From the NCBI GenBank assembly GCA_965365485.1, contig CBDUBW010000001.1, positions 1 to 45,518 of the forward strand: 45,518 nt of DNA. Reading direction: 5' to 3'. A program made the translations under genes and the position numbers. The stretch comes from an uncultured Aquisediminimonas sp. Its GTDB lineage: Bacteria > Pseudomonadota > Alphaproteobacteria > Sphingomonadales > Sphingomonadaceae. The notes beneath the pieces are model-generated. The model worked only from the letters and a program-made list of their open reading frames with translations. It made no database searches and was not told the origin of the DNA. Position 1 is the stretch's first letter. Each line of letters begins with the position of its first letter. Shown here piece by piece: positions 19,629-29,698 of the stretch.

Positions 19629-20767
19629 TCGGCAGCAATTTGCAGGTCTGCACGGTCTGTGTGATGGATTCGGCAGACCCAAACATCAGCTTCGACGACG
19701 CCGGACAGTGCGATTGTTGCAAGGAAGCGTTCAGCCGACGCGCCCATGAGTGGTGGCCCGGCCCAGCAGGCGAAGAACGGATGCGCAGCTTGATCGCACG
19801 CCTCCGCGAAGAGGGACGCGACAAGCCCTATGACGCGATGGTTGGCCTGAGCGGCGGAATCGACAGCGCTTATCTCGCTCATCTCATGAGTGCGGTGCAC
19901 GGACTGAGACTGCTGGCAGTACACGTCGATGGCGGATGGAACAGTGAGGCTGCAGTTAGCAATATCGAGCGGCTTGTGCGCGCTCTTGACATCGATCTTC
20001 ACACCAAAGTCATCGAATGGGAGGAAATGCGTGACCTGCAACTTGCCTTTCTTCGTTCTGGCGTGTTTAACCAGGATTTTCCGCAAGATCATGCATTTTT
20101 CGCTACCCTCGTCCGGGTGGCCCGCAAATATGACGTGAAGACGTTTCTAAGCGGCGTCAATTATTCCTCGGAAAGCGTTAGCACGCCCGCCGCACCTAAT
20201 CCCACGGCCTATGACGGACGGCACCTGCGAGCGATCCTATCGAAGTTCGGCGAACGGCCTTTGCGCGATTTTCCAGTCATGACTTTGCCAGAATATCTAT
20301 GGAAGACGCGTGTTTTGAGACAACCGTTGGTCGAAAAACCGCTTAATTTTATTGATTATGACAAAGAGAAAGCGAAAGAAGCTCTTCGGTTCCATTACGG
20401 CTGGCGGGACTACGGGCCGAAACATAGCGAGTCCCGCTTCACCAAATTTTATCAAGAAATTTATTTGCCTCGGAAGCATCTCCTCGACAAGCGACGATTA
20501 CACTTATCGAGCCTGATTGTGTCTGGGCAGAAGTCCCGCGATGAGGCCTTAGCGGAATTGGCTCGACCGATCGCTGACCCAATCCAAAGTGAACGCGATT
20601 TGCGTTTTATCGCGAAGAAACTTCGTATCGGGAATGCAGAGTTGGTCCGGCTGATCGAAGAACGCCCTGTATCACATTCGGAATACGCAAGCGATTTCAC
20701 CCTTCATCAGATTTTGATTAATTTGCGGGCACGGTGGCGCGGCCGGCTTCGCAAGGCGGCAGGATGA
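19625..20767 (+). CDS. N-acetyl sugar amidotransferase (WbpG/WbuX family)
   Basis: CTVCVMD...GQCDCC, PP-loop GLSGGIDS, HVDGGWNSE, PQDHA and YGPKHSESRFTKF. Confidence 0.92.
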   Translation: MIGSNLQVCTVCVMDSADPNISFDDAGQCDCCKEAFSRRAHEWWPGPAGEERMRSLIARLREEGRDKPYDAMVGLSGGIDSAYLAHLMSAVHGLRLLAVHVDGGWNSEAAVSNIERLVRALDIDLHTKVIEWEEMRDLQLAFLRSGVFNQDFPQDHAFFATLVRVARKYDVKTFLSGVNYSSESVSTPAAPNPTAYDGRHLRAILSKFGERPLRDFPVMTLPEYLWKTRVLRQPLVEKPLNFIDYDKEKAKEALRFHYGWRDYGPKHSESRFTKFYQEIYLPRKHLLDKRRLHLSSLIVSGQKSRDEALAELARPIADPIQSERDLRFIAKKLRIGNAELVRLIEERPVSHSEYASDFTLHQILINLRARWRGRLRKAAG

Positions 20768-21501
20768 CCTCGGTTCGGCGGAAACACTATCCCGAGTCCC
20801 TTGCCGGGGGCTTTTCGAGAGTGGACGGAACGATCGCGTTTTACGGCCGCTTGAGGGCGCTTTTGGAACCGGGTCAGCTCGTGATCGATCTAGGAGCGGG
20901 CCGGGGGGGCGAGCATGTCGACGATTCAATTCCCTACCGGAGAAAATTGCGAGACCTGCGTGGTGACGGGCGGCATGTTATAGGCCTTGACGTCGATGAA
21001 GCCGTGCTTGTCAATGCCTTCATCGATGAAGCGAAGGTCATAAGCCCGGAGGCTCCGCTCCCGGTTCACTCCAACTCGGTCGATGTGATCGTGTCGGATT
21101 ATGTCCTAGAGCATGTCGAGAATCCCGACTTTTTTGTCGCTGAGGTCTTTCGGGTGCTCAAGCCCGGCGGGTGGTTTTGCGCGCGAACCCCTAATCTGTT
21201 TAGCTATGTCGGGATCGCGGTAAACCTGATCCCGAACCGCCTGCACACGAGGCTGCTTCGTCGCGTGCAAGCGGGCCGCAAGGAAATCGACGTTTTTCCG
21301 ACCCGCTACAGGATGAACAGCTTCATCGCTTTACACCGCTTGTTTCCGAGGGATCGGTGGGCGAGCGCCACCTATTCGATCGACAGCGAGCCCGTATATG
21401 TCGGAGAATCATCGATAGCGTGGGCCGCCGTCAGGCTTCTCCAGGCGTTTACGCCGCGCGCTTTCCGAACCAACCTGTTGGTTTTCGAGCGGAAGCTCTG
21501 A
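20764..21501 (+). CDS. Class I SAM-dependent methyltransferase (type 11-like)
   Basis: VIDLGAGRG, IGLDVD, VLEHVENP and RVLKPGG. Confidence 0.9.
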   Translation: MTSVRRKHYPESLAGGFSRVDGTIAFYGRLRALLEPGQLVIDLGAGRGGEHVDDSIPYRRKLRDLRGDGRHVIGLDVDEAVLVNAFIDEAKVISPEAPLPVHSNSVDVIVSDYVLEHVENPDFFVAEVFRVLKPGGWFCARTPNLFSYVGIAVNLIPNRLHTRLLRRVQAGRKEIDVFPTRYRMNSFIALHRLFPRDRWASATYSIDSEPVYVGESSIAWAAVRLLQAFTPRAFRTNLLVFERKL

Positions 21502-21579
21502 AGATTAAGGCACGCAATTTTCGTTGTGCCGCGCGAGCATTTCGTTATTGGCGGCCGACCTGAGTTTAGAAATCCGAAT

Positions 21580-22908
21580 ATGAGCATTGATATCCGCGGC
21601 ACCATGGCCGCCGCTGCGATTGCGCGGTTCGACGCGCGAGACGCTATCATCGGAATTATTGGTCTTGGTTATGTAGGTCAGCCGCTTGCGCTGAGCTTCG
21701 CTGACAGCGGTGCCCGTGTGCTGGGGTTCGACATCAACGCTGAGGTTGTAGCGGCGCTCAATGCCGGGCGGTCGCTTATCGAACATATCAGCGCCGACGA
21801 TCTCAAGCGCGCGCTTGGAAAGGGCTTCGAGGCGACAACTGATTACGGCCGCATCGGTGCTGCGGATTGCATCATCATCTGTGTACCAACTCCGCTCAAC
21901 CGCAACCGCGAACCGGACATGTCCTTTATCCGCGCGACGATGGCGTCAGTGGCGCCTCATCTGCGCGGCGGCCAGCTGATTTCGCTCGAAAGCACCACCT
22001 TCCCCGGAACCATTGACGATGAAGTCTTGCCCATCGTTCGCCGCTGCGGACTTACGCCTGGGGAAGATTTCTTCGTAACCTATTCGCCAGAACGAGAAGA
22101 TCCCGGCAATGCCGATTTTTCCACGCGTACTATTCCCAAGTTGATCGGGGGCGTGACGCCCGAGTGCACCCGGGTCGGCGTGGCCGCCTATCGCGGGGCG
22201 ATTGATACGCTCGTTCCGGTAAGCTCCACGCGAGTCGCGGAATTGGCGAAGTTGCTCGAAAATATTCAACGGTCTGTCAATATTGGCCTCGTTAACGAGA
22301 TGAAAATGATTGCGGATAAGATGGATATTGATATACACGAAGTTGTCTCTGCGGCTGCTACCAAACCTTTTGGTTTCACACCATACTACCCCGGCCCTGG
22401 ATTGGGAGGTCATTGTATCCCGATCGATCCATTTTATTTGACTTGGAAAGCACGAGAGTTTGGCGTTACGACCCGTTTCATTGAGCTTGCTGGAGAAATT
22501 AATCAGTCAATGCCCGAATGGGTTGTTGGCAAAGTCGCCGCCGCGCTGAATGATCAATGCCTCGCGGTACGAGGCAGTCGCATCCTCGCTCTTGGTATCT
22601 CCTATAAGAAAAATATCGATGACATGCGGGAATCTCCGGCGGTGCACGTGATGGAACTGCTGAGAGACAGAGGCGCCGTCATCGATTACTCGGATCCTCA
22701 CGTTGCCGTGTTCCCGAAAATGCGCGAGCATCACTTTGACTTGCGTTCAATAACTTTGAGCCCAGAAGTCATTGCCAGTTATAATTGTGTCATCCTTTTG
22801 ACCGATCATGATCGTTTCGACTTTGACATGATTGTCGATAACGCCAAGTTGCTCGTTGATTCGCGTGGCCGTTATCGAGATTCGCTGCCGAACCTGATCA
22901 AGGCTTGA
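21580..22908 (+). CDS. wbpA: UDP-GlcNAc 6-dehydrogenase (nucleotide sugar dehydrogenase)
   Basis: [56 protein letters not shown] and [12 protein letters not shown]. Confidence 0.9.
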   Translation: MSIDIRGTMAAAAIARFDARDAIIGIIGLGYVGQPLALSFADSGARVLGFDINAEVVAALNAGRSLIEHISADDLKRALGKGFEATTDYGRIGAADCIIICVPTPLNRNREPDMSFIRATMASVAPHLRGGQLISLESTTFPGTIDDEVLPIVRRCGLTPGEDFFVTYSPEREDPGNADFSTRTIPKLIGGVTPECTRVGVAAYRGAIDTLVPVSSTRVAELAKLLENIQRSVNIGLVNEMKMIADKMDIDIHEVVSAAATKPFGFTPYYPGPGLGGHCIPIDPFYLTWKAREFGVTTRFIELAGEINQSMPEWVVGKVAAALNDQCLAVRGSRILALGISYKKNIDDMRESPAVHVMELLRDRGAVIDYSDPHVAVFPKMREHHFDLRSITLSPEVIASYNCVILLTDHDRFDFDMIVDNAKLLVDSRGRYRDSLPNLIKA

Positions 22909-22917
22909 GCGCCATCG

Positions 22918-23898
22918 ATGACGGATTCTCGGGCACAACCCTGCGTGGCAATCGTTGGTGCTGGTCACTGGGGCCGAAACATCGCGCGCAATTTAGCCGA
23001 AATCGGAGCTTTGGCAGCGGTTGTGGATACCAACCCGGCGACGGCGGCCGAAGCGTCGAGTGCAACCGGCGCGCCGGTGCGGGGTTTGGATGGTGTGCTC
23101 GAAGACCCGTCAATTGCCGGCGTGGCGATCGCCTCCAGCGCAAGCACGCATTACTTGATCGCCGATCGAGCACTCAAAGCCGGTAAGCATGTCTTCGTTG
23201 AAAAGCCGCTCGTTTTGGACGAGGAGGAGGCTGACCGCCTTATCTCGCTGGCCGCAAGCAGCAATCTCATCCTGATGGTCGGCCATCTGTTACGCTATCA
23301 TCCCGTCTTCGAGCGCTTGCTTGAACTCGTTCGATCGGGGGATTATGGCCCTTTGCGCTACGTTTATTCGGACAGAATGAGCTTAGGCAAGATCCGGACG
23401 GAGGAGAATGTGCTATGGTCATTCGCCCCTCACGACATCTCGATGGTATTAGCGCTGACTGGTGACGAGCCCTGCGTTGTGACCGGACAGGGTGCCGCCT
23501 TCGTCAATCGCGAGATCGAGGACTGGGCGACCGTCCAAATGTCGTTTCCGTCGGGCGTCAAGGCCGACATCCGGACGTCTTGGATGCATTTCCAGAAGGT
23601 TCAACAACTCGTCGCGGTTTGCGACCGAGCCACTTTAGTGTTCCGGGACAGTGAACCGGAATGGGACCGCAAACTTTCGGTTCACCCGCACTTAGTGAAA
23701 ATTGAAAACGGGCTCCCCGTCGCGAGCCGATCCGATATGCATTTCCTGGCGGTGCAACGGGGCGAACCGTTGAAGCGAGAGTGCCAGCATTTCCTTGATT
23801 GCATCTCACAAAACCGCGCACCTTTGACCGATGGCGTTGAAGGTCGCGCTGTACTCCGCGTGTTGCGGCGCGCTAGCCAGGCGATGCTTGGGGCCTAA
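22918..23898 (+). CDS. Gfo/Idh/MocA oxidoreductase, probable UDP-GlcNAcA 3-dehydrogenase (WbpB/WlbA role)
   Basis: GAGHWG, HVFVEKP, MVGH and SFAPHD; lies between the wbpA- and wbpD-like genes. Confidence 0.85.
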   Translation: MTDSRAQPCVAIVGAGHWGRNIARNLAEIGALAAVVDTNPATAAEASSATGAPVRGLDGVLEDPSIAGVAIASSASTHYLIADRALKAGKHVFVEKPLVLDEEEADRLISLAASSNLILMVGHLLRYHPVFERLLELVRSGDYGPLRYVYSDRMSLGKIRTEENVLWSFAPHDISMVLALTGDEPCVVTGQGAAFVNREIEDWATVQMSFPSGVKADIRTSWMHFQKVQQLVAVCDRATLVFRDSEPEWDRKLSVHPHLVKIENGLPVASRSDMHFLAVQRGEPLKRECQHFLDCISQNRAPLTDGVEGRAVLRVLRRASQAMLGA

Positions 23899-23899
23899 T

Positions 23900-24487
23900 A
23901 TGAGCAACTATTTCGTTCATGAATCGGCATATGTCGATGATTTCGTCGAAATCGGCGCGGGCACGAAGATATGGCATTTCGCCCATATTCTTTCGCACAC
24001 TAAGATTGGCCTAAACTGTACTCTTGGGCAGAACGTCATGGCAGGGCCGGACGTCTCGATCGGTGATGGCTGTAAAATCCAAAACAACGTCGCCCTGTAT
24101 AAAGGGGTCACCTTGGCGGAAGGAGTTTTTTGCGGCCCGTCATGCGTGTTTACCAATGTGCTGACCCCTCGAGCCGAAATTGTCCGCACAGACGAATTTC
24201 GTCCCACCCCGGTTGGCCGAGGCGCAACCATAGGCGCGAATGCCACGATCATATGCGGGCATAGCCTCGGTGAATATTGCATGATTGCCGCTGGCGCGGT
24301 GGTTACCAAGGATGTTCCGCCCTTCGCGCTCATGGCGGGCGTGCCGGCTCGGCGAATTGGCTGGGTCAGTCGTGCCGGCGAACGGCTGGACGAGACGCTG
24401 ATCTGCCCTCGCACCGGCGAGCGCTATCGGGAAACCAGCGAGGGCCTCGCCCAAGTTGAGAATCCTTTGAAAGAAGGTTCGTTGTGA
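23900..24487 (+). CDS. wbpD: Hexapeptide-repeat N-acetyltransferase (UDP-GlcNAc3NA acetyltransferase)
   Basis: TKIWHF, LGQNV, CKIQNNV, FCGPSCVFTNV, GANATIICG, GVPARRIGW and CPRTGERY. Confidence 0.9.
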   Translation: MSNYFVHESAYVDDFVEIGAGTKIWHFAHILSHTKIGLNCTLGQNVMAGPDVSIGDGCKIQNNVALYKGVTLAEGVFCGPSCVFTNVLTPRAEIVRTDEFRPTPVGRGATIGANATIICGHSLGEYCMIAAGAVVTKDVPPFALMAGVPARRIGWVSRAGERLDETLICPRTGERYRETSEGLAQVENPLKEGSL

Positions 24488-25635
24488 ACGCTCAATCTTC
24501 GATCGCCTTCATCGACCTAGCCGCGCAACAGGCGCGCATTCGCGAAGATCTCAATCAGGCGATCGGCCGCGTGCTCGACCATGGCGGCTATATAATGGGG
24601 CCCGAGGTCAAAGCCTTTGAGCAAAATCTGGCAACCTTTTGCGGCGCTAAGCATGCTCTAGGCTGCGCTAACGGCACAGATGCGCTGTTGCTTGCCCTGA
24701 TGGCGCTGCAGATCGGCCCAGGCGACGCGGTGTTCGTGCCGTCCTTCACGTTCGCAGCCACTGCCGAAGTGGTGCCGCTGGTTGGTGCAATCCCCGTGTT
24801 TGTGGACAGTGACGAACGCACGTTCAATCTTGACCTGACGAGCCTGAAGCGATGCATTGTGGAAGCGCGCCGCCTCGGCCTGCGACCGCGCGTGGTCATT
24901 CCCGTCGATCTTTTCGGACTCCCCGCCGATTTGCCGGGTATCGAAGCGATCGCGCTGGAAGAAGGGCTGGACGTCATCTGTGACAGCGCGCAAGGGTTTG
25001 GCGGAACCATCGAGGGCAGGATGACCGGCACCTTCGGCCGGATCACTACCACCTCATTTTTTCCCGCCAAGCCATTAGGCTGCTACGGCGACGGAGGCGC
25101 CGTCTTCACCGACGACGATGAGCTTGCGAAAATACTCGATTCGCTTCGCGTTCACGGAAAAGGCACCGACAAATATGATAATGTCCGCATCGGACTGAAT
25201 AGCCGGCTGGACACGCTCCAAGCCGCGATCCTCTCCGTTAAGCTCGGCATCTATGCAGCGGAAAACGATGCGCGGAATCTTGTAGCCGCCCGCTATTCGG
25301 AACGTCTCTTGAGCGTCGTCGAGGTTCCATTCATTCCGCAAGGCTACAGATCAGTTTGGGCGCAATACACGGTCAAGCTGAAATCGCGAGAAGAACGAGC
25401 TGCGGTTCAAAAATCGCTGGGCGAGTTGCGCATTCCTACTCAAATCTATTACGCGCTCCCGCTTCATAACCAGAGCCTGTATGCGGCCTTTCCACGAGAT
25501 CCCGTCGGCTTGTCGACGACGGAGCGGCTCGCGGAGGTGGTCATGAGCCTGCCGATGCACCCCTATCTCGATGTGGAAACACAGAATTTCATCATCGAGA
25601 ACCTGCAGGGGTTCGTTCAAGCCGCGCGATCATGA
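24484..25635 (+). CDS. wbpE: DegT/DnrJ/EryC1/StrS PLP aminotransferase (UDP-3-keto-GlcNAcA aminotransferase)
   Basis: FIDLAAQ, ANGTDAL, DSAQ, TSFFPAKPLGCYGDGGA, NSRLDTLQAA and SLPMHPYL. Confidence 0.9.
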   Translation: MNAQSSIAFIDLAAQQARIREDLNQAIGRVLDHGGYIMGPEVKAFEQNLATFCGAKHALGCANGTDALLLALMALQIGPGDAVFVPSFTFAATAEVVPLVGAIPVFVDSDERTFNLDLTSLKRCIVEARRLGLRPRVVIPVDLFGLPADLPGIEAIALEEGLDVICDSAQGFGGTIEGRMTGTFGRITTTSFFPAKPLGCYGDGGAVFTDDDELAKILDSLRVHGKGTDKYDNVRIGLNSRLDTLQAAILSVKLGIYAAENDARNLVAARYSERLLSVVEVPFIPQGYRSVWAQYTVKLKSREERAAVQKSLGELRIPTQIYYALPLHNQSLYAAFPRDPVGLSTTERLAEVVMSLPMHPYLDVETQNFIIENLQGFVQAARS

Positions 25636-26693
25636 CGCTGCGAATTGCCACGGTTGTCGGAGCGCGTCCCCAGTTCGTGAAGGTTAGCGTCATCAGCCGG
25701 TTGATAGCCGGCGACCCGGAAATATCCGAATCTCTCATCCATACCGGTCAGCATTATGACGATCACATGTCCGACATTTTCTTTAGAGAATTGGAGATCG
25801 CTCCACCCGCCTACAACCTTGCGGTGCATTCGGGCTCCCACGGGGCTATGACTGGACGTATGCTCGAAGGAATCGAGCATGCGCTCAACGAAATTCGTCC
25901 GGCGCTGGTGATGGTTTATGGCGATACGAATTCGACCCTGGCAGGCGCCCTCGCCGCATCTAAGTCGCAGATCCCGGTCGCCCATGTCGAGGCGGGGCTA
26001 CGCAGTTTCAATCGCCGCATGCCGGAAGAGATCAATCGAGTGCTGACGGATCACCTCGCATCGATTCATCTTTGCCCAACTCTTCAGTCGGTAACCAATC
26101 TCGCTCGAGAAGGCATCACGACCGGGGTATACCATTGCGGGGACGTGATGCACGATGCCACGCTATTTGCTGCCCAGAAGGCCGACACTTCGCCTGTGGT
26201 TGCCACGCTCGATCTGGACGGTGCCGATTTTGCGATCTGTACCGTGCATCGCGCCGAGAATACCGATGATTCACATCAGCTTCGGGCGATTGTCAATTAT
26301 CTGGAGGCGGCAGCCGTCGATCAGCGCATAATCATGCCGGCTCATCCCCGGACGCGACAGGCGCTGGACCGGTTCAACATCAGGCTGAAGCGTATCGAGA
26401 TGATCGAACCCCTCGGCTATTTTGACCTTCATTCACTGATGAGCCGCGCGTCGTTGATATTCACGGATTCAGGGGGTCTGCAAAAGGAAGCCTATTTTCA
26501 CCGAAAGCCCTGCATCACGCTCCGGGGGGAGACCGAGTGGACCGAGACCGTTGAGCATGGATGGAATCGGCTCTGGTCCCAACCCGATTTTGTGACCCCG
26601 CGTACCCCTATTTCCGATTACGGAGACGGCCATGCGGGGGAGCGGATCCTGGAGTATATCAAGAAGATCGCGGTCGAAGGTTCAGGGCGGTGA
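25632..26693 (+). CDS. wecB: Non-hydrolysing UDP-HexNAc 2-epimerase (WbpI/WecB family)
   Basis: VVGARPQFVK, HTGQHYD, YGDTNSTLAG, HVEAGLRS, MPEEINR and TDSGGLQKEA. Context suggests WbpI specificity. Confidence 0.93.
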   Translation: MTLRIATVVGARPQFVKVSVISRLIAGDPEISESLIHTGQHYDDHMSDIFFRELEIAPPAYNLAVHSGSHGAMTGRMLEGIEHALNEIRPALVMVYGDTNSTLAGALAASKSQIPVAHVEAGLRSFNRRMPEEINRVLTDHLASIHLCPTLQSVTNLAREGITTGVYHCGDVMHDATLFAAQKADTSPVVATLDLDGADFAICTVHRAENTDDSHQLRAIVNYLEAAAVDQRIIMPAHPRTRQALDRFNIRLKRIEMIEPLGYFDLHSLMSRASLIFTDSGGLQKEAYFHRKPCITLRGETEWTETVEHGWNRLWSQPDFVTPRTPISDYGDGHAGERILEYIKKIAVEGSGR

Positions 26694-26700
26694 CAGCGTG

Positions 26701-28116
26701 ATGCCGATAACGGCGCTCGTTGCGCGCGAAGCCTCGTTCGGGCGGGAACGGGCGACCGGTGCGCATTTCGGAGAGCCGCTGCAGCGACTGGCGATCGCGT
26801 TCACCTACGGCGTGATCATGCTGTTCGTATATAGCGAGCTCTCCACGTTCTGGACCTATCTCGGCTTCTCATATCGGCCGCTCGGCACGACGCCGGTCTT
26901 CCTGACCATCCTGTTCGCTGCGCTGCCGGCAACGCTTCTTCCCAGAGCGCCCGCCTCGCTGGCCCCCTACACGGCCTGGCTCTTGTATTTCACGCTGTTC
27001 ATGCCGGCAATGATCATCCCGCAGCTTCAGGGCTGGCTCGCACCCGAACAAAGCGTTTTGCTGTTCGCGACCCTCTGGGCGTCGGCGATCGTCTTCATCC
27101 TGTTCGCGAAGTCTTCCCGAAGTCCGGCCGGGCTCCCCAGGACGAGTGCCCGCGTTTTCTGGCCCACGATCATGATTACTTTGGTTACACTGAATGTCGC
27201 GATCGTGGTCGTGTTCGGAAGCTCGCTGAATCTGGTCGGCTTCGAGGACGTCTACGAGCAGCGCTTCGCATCGCAGTTCGGACTAGGCGGCACGGCGATA
27301 CTCTACGTCCTGACCAACCTGTCTTCGGCGGTAAATCCGTTTCTAATCGCCTCGGGCATTGCCGAGAAAAGCTACTGGCGCATTGCTCTCGGCGTAACCG
27401 GGCAGCTTCTGGTCTATTCGGCGATAGCGGGAAAAATAGTTCTGTTCTCGACATTCGTGGTCGCTGCAACGTTTCTCGTCTTCGATCGATCGCGCCAGCT
27501 CCGCCCCGTGCGCTTGGCAGCAGGAATGCTGTTCATCGCATTTCTGGGCCTGCCTTTAATGATAATCTATAATCCCAGCGGCAGCCAGCTGATGAACTTC
27601 ATTGATCTAGTCTATCTCAGGACCTTGTATATGCCGGGCGTGACGACTGGAGCCTATTTCGATTTCTTTAGCCAGTACCCCGTCACCTATTTTTCGCACT
27701 CTCTGGTCGGCCGCTATCTGATCGAATATCCTTATGGGCAAATCGCTATCGGACAGGTCGTCGGATCGTATATCGTGCCCGGGTCGCTGATTAACTATAA
27801 CGCCAACTTCCTCGCCTCGGACGGGATCACCGCACTCGGTATCGCCGGTATTCCCGCGATCGTCGTGATCGCGCTGCTGGTTCTCAGGACGATCGACAAG
27901 ATTACCGCAGGGGTCGATCAGCGCGTCGTCTGCGCGAGCTTCATGCCATTTTTGATGCTCTTGGCGGATGGATCGCTGTTGACGGCTCTGCTCACGGGCG
28001 GCGGCGCCGCGCTCACGCTGCTGCTTTGGTTATGGGGCGGGACCCACCGAAAACCGGCGAGTCAACAGCAACATGGCACGTCCGCCCCGGCCACTACGCA
28101 CTTTGCTGACAGTTGA
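26701..28116 (+). CDS. Polytopic membrane protein, putative Wzy repeat-unit polymerase
   Basis: About 10 or more hydrophobic segments with two larger loops (VYEQR...; YLRTLY...NYNANFLASDG); no other Wzy candidate besides the ligase-family gene. Confidence 0.65.
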   Translation: MPITALVAREASFGRERATGAHFGEPLQRLAIAFTYGVIMLFVYSELSTFWTYLGFSYRPLGTTPVFLTILFAALPATLLPRAPASLAPYTAWLLYFTLFMPAMIIPQLQGWLAPEQSVLLFATLWASAIVFILFAKSSRSPAGLPRTSARVFWPTIMITLVTLNVAIVVVFGSSLNLVGFEDVYEQRFASQFGLGGTAILYVLTNLSSAVNPFLIASGIAEKSYWRIALGVTGQLLVYSAIAGKIVLFSTFVVAATFLVFDRSRQLRPVRLAAGMLFIAFLGLPLMIIYNPSGSQLMNFIDLVYLRTLYMPGVTTGAYFDFFSQYPVTYFSHSLVGRYLIEYPYGQIAIGQVVGSYIVPGSLINYNANFLASDGITALGIAGIPAIVVIALLVLRTIDKITAGVDQRVVCASFMPFLMLLADGSLLTALLTGGGAALTLLLWLWGGTHRKPASQQQHGTSAPATTHFADS

Positions 28117-28165
28117 ACGATCAATCAGGCCAGAATCCGGCGCTCTGCACAGCGGCCGCGACGCG

Positions 28166-29530
28166 ATGGGCAAAAGAACTTTGACGGAAACTTCGCGAAA
28201 CCTTGTCTTGCGCGGGTGGCTGATCGTGTTCGCGATATCCCTGTGCCTGGGGGGAGGTTCCTCGCGGGCCGACGTATTTGCCGTTCTGTTCGTGAGAATC
28301 TGCGCATTGGGCATGTTGGCCACTGCGCTGCTGGCCGGTGAGCGCCAGCAATTCGAACGCATCAGGACGCCACTGATCTTCGTCGGTATTATCGCCGCGC
28401 TCCTGACGATCCAACTCATTCCGCTTCCACCGGCGCTGTGGGGCGCTCTGCCCGGCCGCGAACTCTACATGGAGGTGAACCGGGCAATCGGAGTTGCGGA
28501 CGTCTGGCGGCCGCTCAGCATCAGCCCCGATTTGACACTGAACAGCTGTCTGGCGCTTCTTCCACCGGTTGCGGTGGTGGTGGCGATGGGGGTTCTCGAC
28601 GAGGCGGCACGTCGGCACATCTTCACCGCCATTCTTGTAATGATTTTCGCAAGCGCTTTTTTGGCGGTGCTCCAGCAAAGCGACGGCCCGGAAAGCACGC
28701 TCCGCTTCTACCATCACACCAATCGCGAATCCGGCGTCGGCTTGCTCGCCAACCGCAATCATCAGGCGCTCCTCATGGCGATCGGCATTCCGGTCGCCGC
28801 ATGGTGGGCGTTCACAACCGGCCGCACTCATGGCAACAGGCCCGTGCGGCTGGTGACTGGCGCCGCGCTTGCCGCGATCTGCTTGGTCGGGGCCGCGCTG
28901 ACCGCTTCCCGCAGCGGCGTGCTGCTGACCTTGCTCGGAATGGCCGGGGCTCTCGCGATCGCTTGGCCATCGCTCGACCGGGTCGAGCGGCGCACTCGCC
29001 TGGCGCTGGGCTCGGCCTTCTTGCTGGCGGGCACGGCGTCGCTGATAGTCGCATTCCCATCGCTCAAGCGGTTTAGCGCGTCGGCGGTGCAATCCGACGG
29101 GAGGTTGGCCACGCTCCCCGACGTCACGACCATGCTCAGCGAATTCTTTCCCGTCGGCATCGGCTTTGGGGCGTTCGAGCGTGTGTTTCCCAGTTTCGAA
29201 CGAGTAGAAACCCTGTCGCCGAGTTATCTGAACCACGTTCACAGCGATCTGATCGAACTCGGCATCGAGGCCGGCTTGCCCGGCTACTTCCTGCTGGCCG
29301 CGTTCATATTCTGGTGGCTTCGGACAAGCGTCGGCATCTGGCAGCGCGCAAGCCCGGCCGGACCAGGCATAGGTAGAGCCCGCCTGGGATCGATCGTCGT
29401 CGCGCTATGCTTCGCGGCCAGTCTTACCGATTACCCGCTGCGCACCCCGATCATCGCCTCGATATTCGCTGCATCGGCGATGATGATGCATTTCGGGCGA
29501 TCGGGCGGTTTGCCGCCTCGCGGCGTTTGA
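28166..29530 (+). CDS. O-antigen ligase (Wzy_C) family membrane protein
   Basis: GLLANRNHQA, TASRSG, GIGFGAF..VF, NHVHSDLIELGIEAG and DYPLRTP motifs. Confidence 0.9.
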   Translation: MGKRTLTETSRNLVLRGWLIVFAISLCLGGGSSRADVFAVLFVRICALGMLATALLAGERQQFERIRTPLIFVGIIAALLTIQLIPLPPALWGALPGRELYMEVNRAIGVADVWRPLSISPDLTLNSCLALLPPVAVVVAMGVLDEAARRHIFTAILVMIFASAFLAVLQQSDGPESTLRFYHHTNRESGVGLLANRNHQALLMAIGIPVAAWWAFTTGRTHGNRPVRLVTGAALAAICLVGAALTASRSGVLLTLLGMAGALAIAWPSLDRVERRTRLALGSAFLLAGTASLIVAFPSLKRFSASAVQSDGRLATLPDVTTMLSEFFPVGIGFGAFERVFPSFERVETLSPSYLNHVHSDLIELGIEAGLPGYFLLAAFIFWWLRTSVGIWQRASPAGPGIGRARLGSIVVALCFAASLTDYPLRTPIIASIFAASAMMMHFGRSGGLPPRGV

Positions 29531-29698
29531 CTGTCGCATGGGCCGCTGGTCGCAGCTTTTGAGACTTTGGCATTGGCAGATCTCGCGAACGCATTCACAA
29601 AGAGCGGCCAGAACGTCAAAGCATCGAGGTTCGGCGCCATGGCGGTCTGCCCATTCGCAACCGATTGACCGCCTCGGCCAGCAGACTATTGATAGCCT

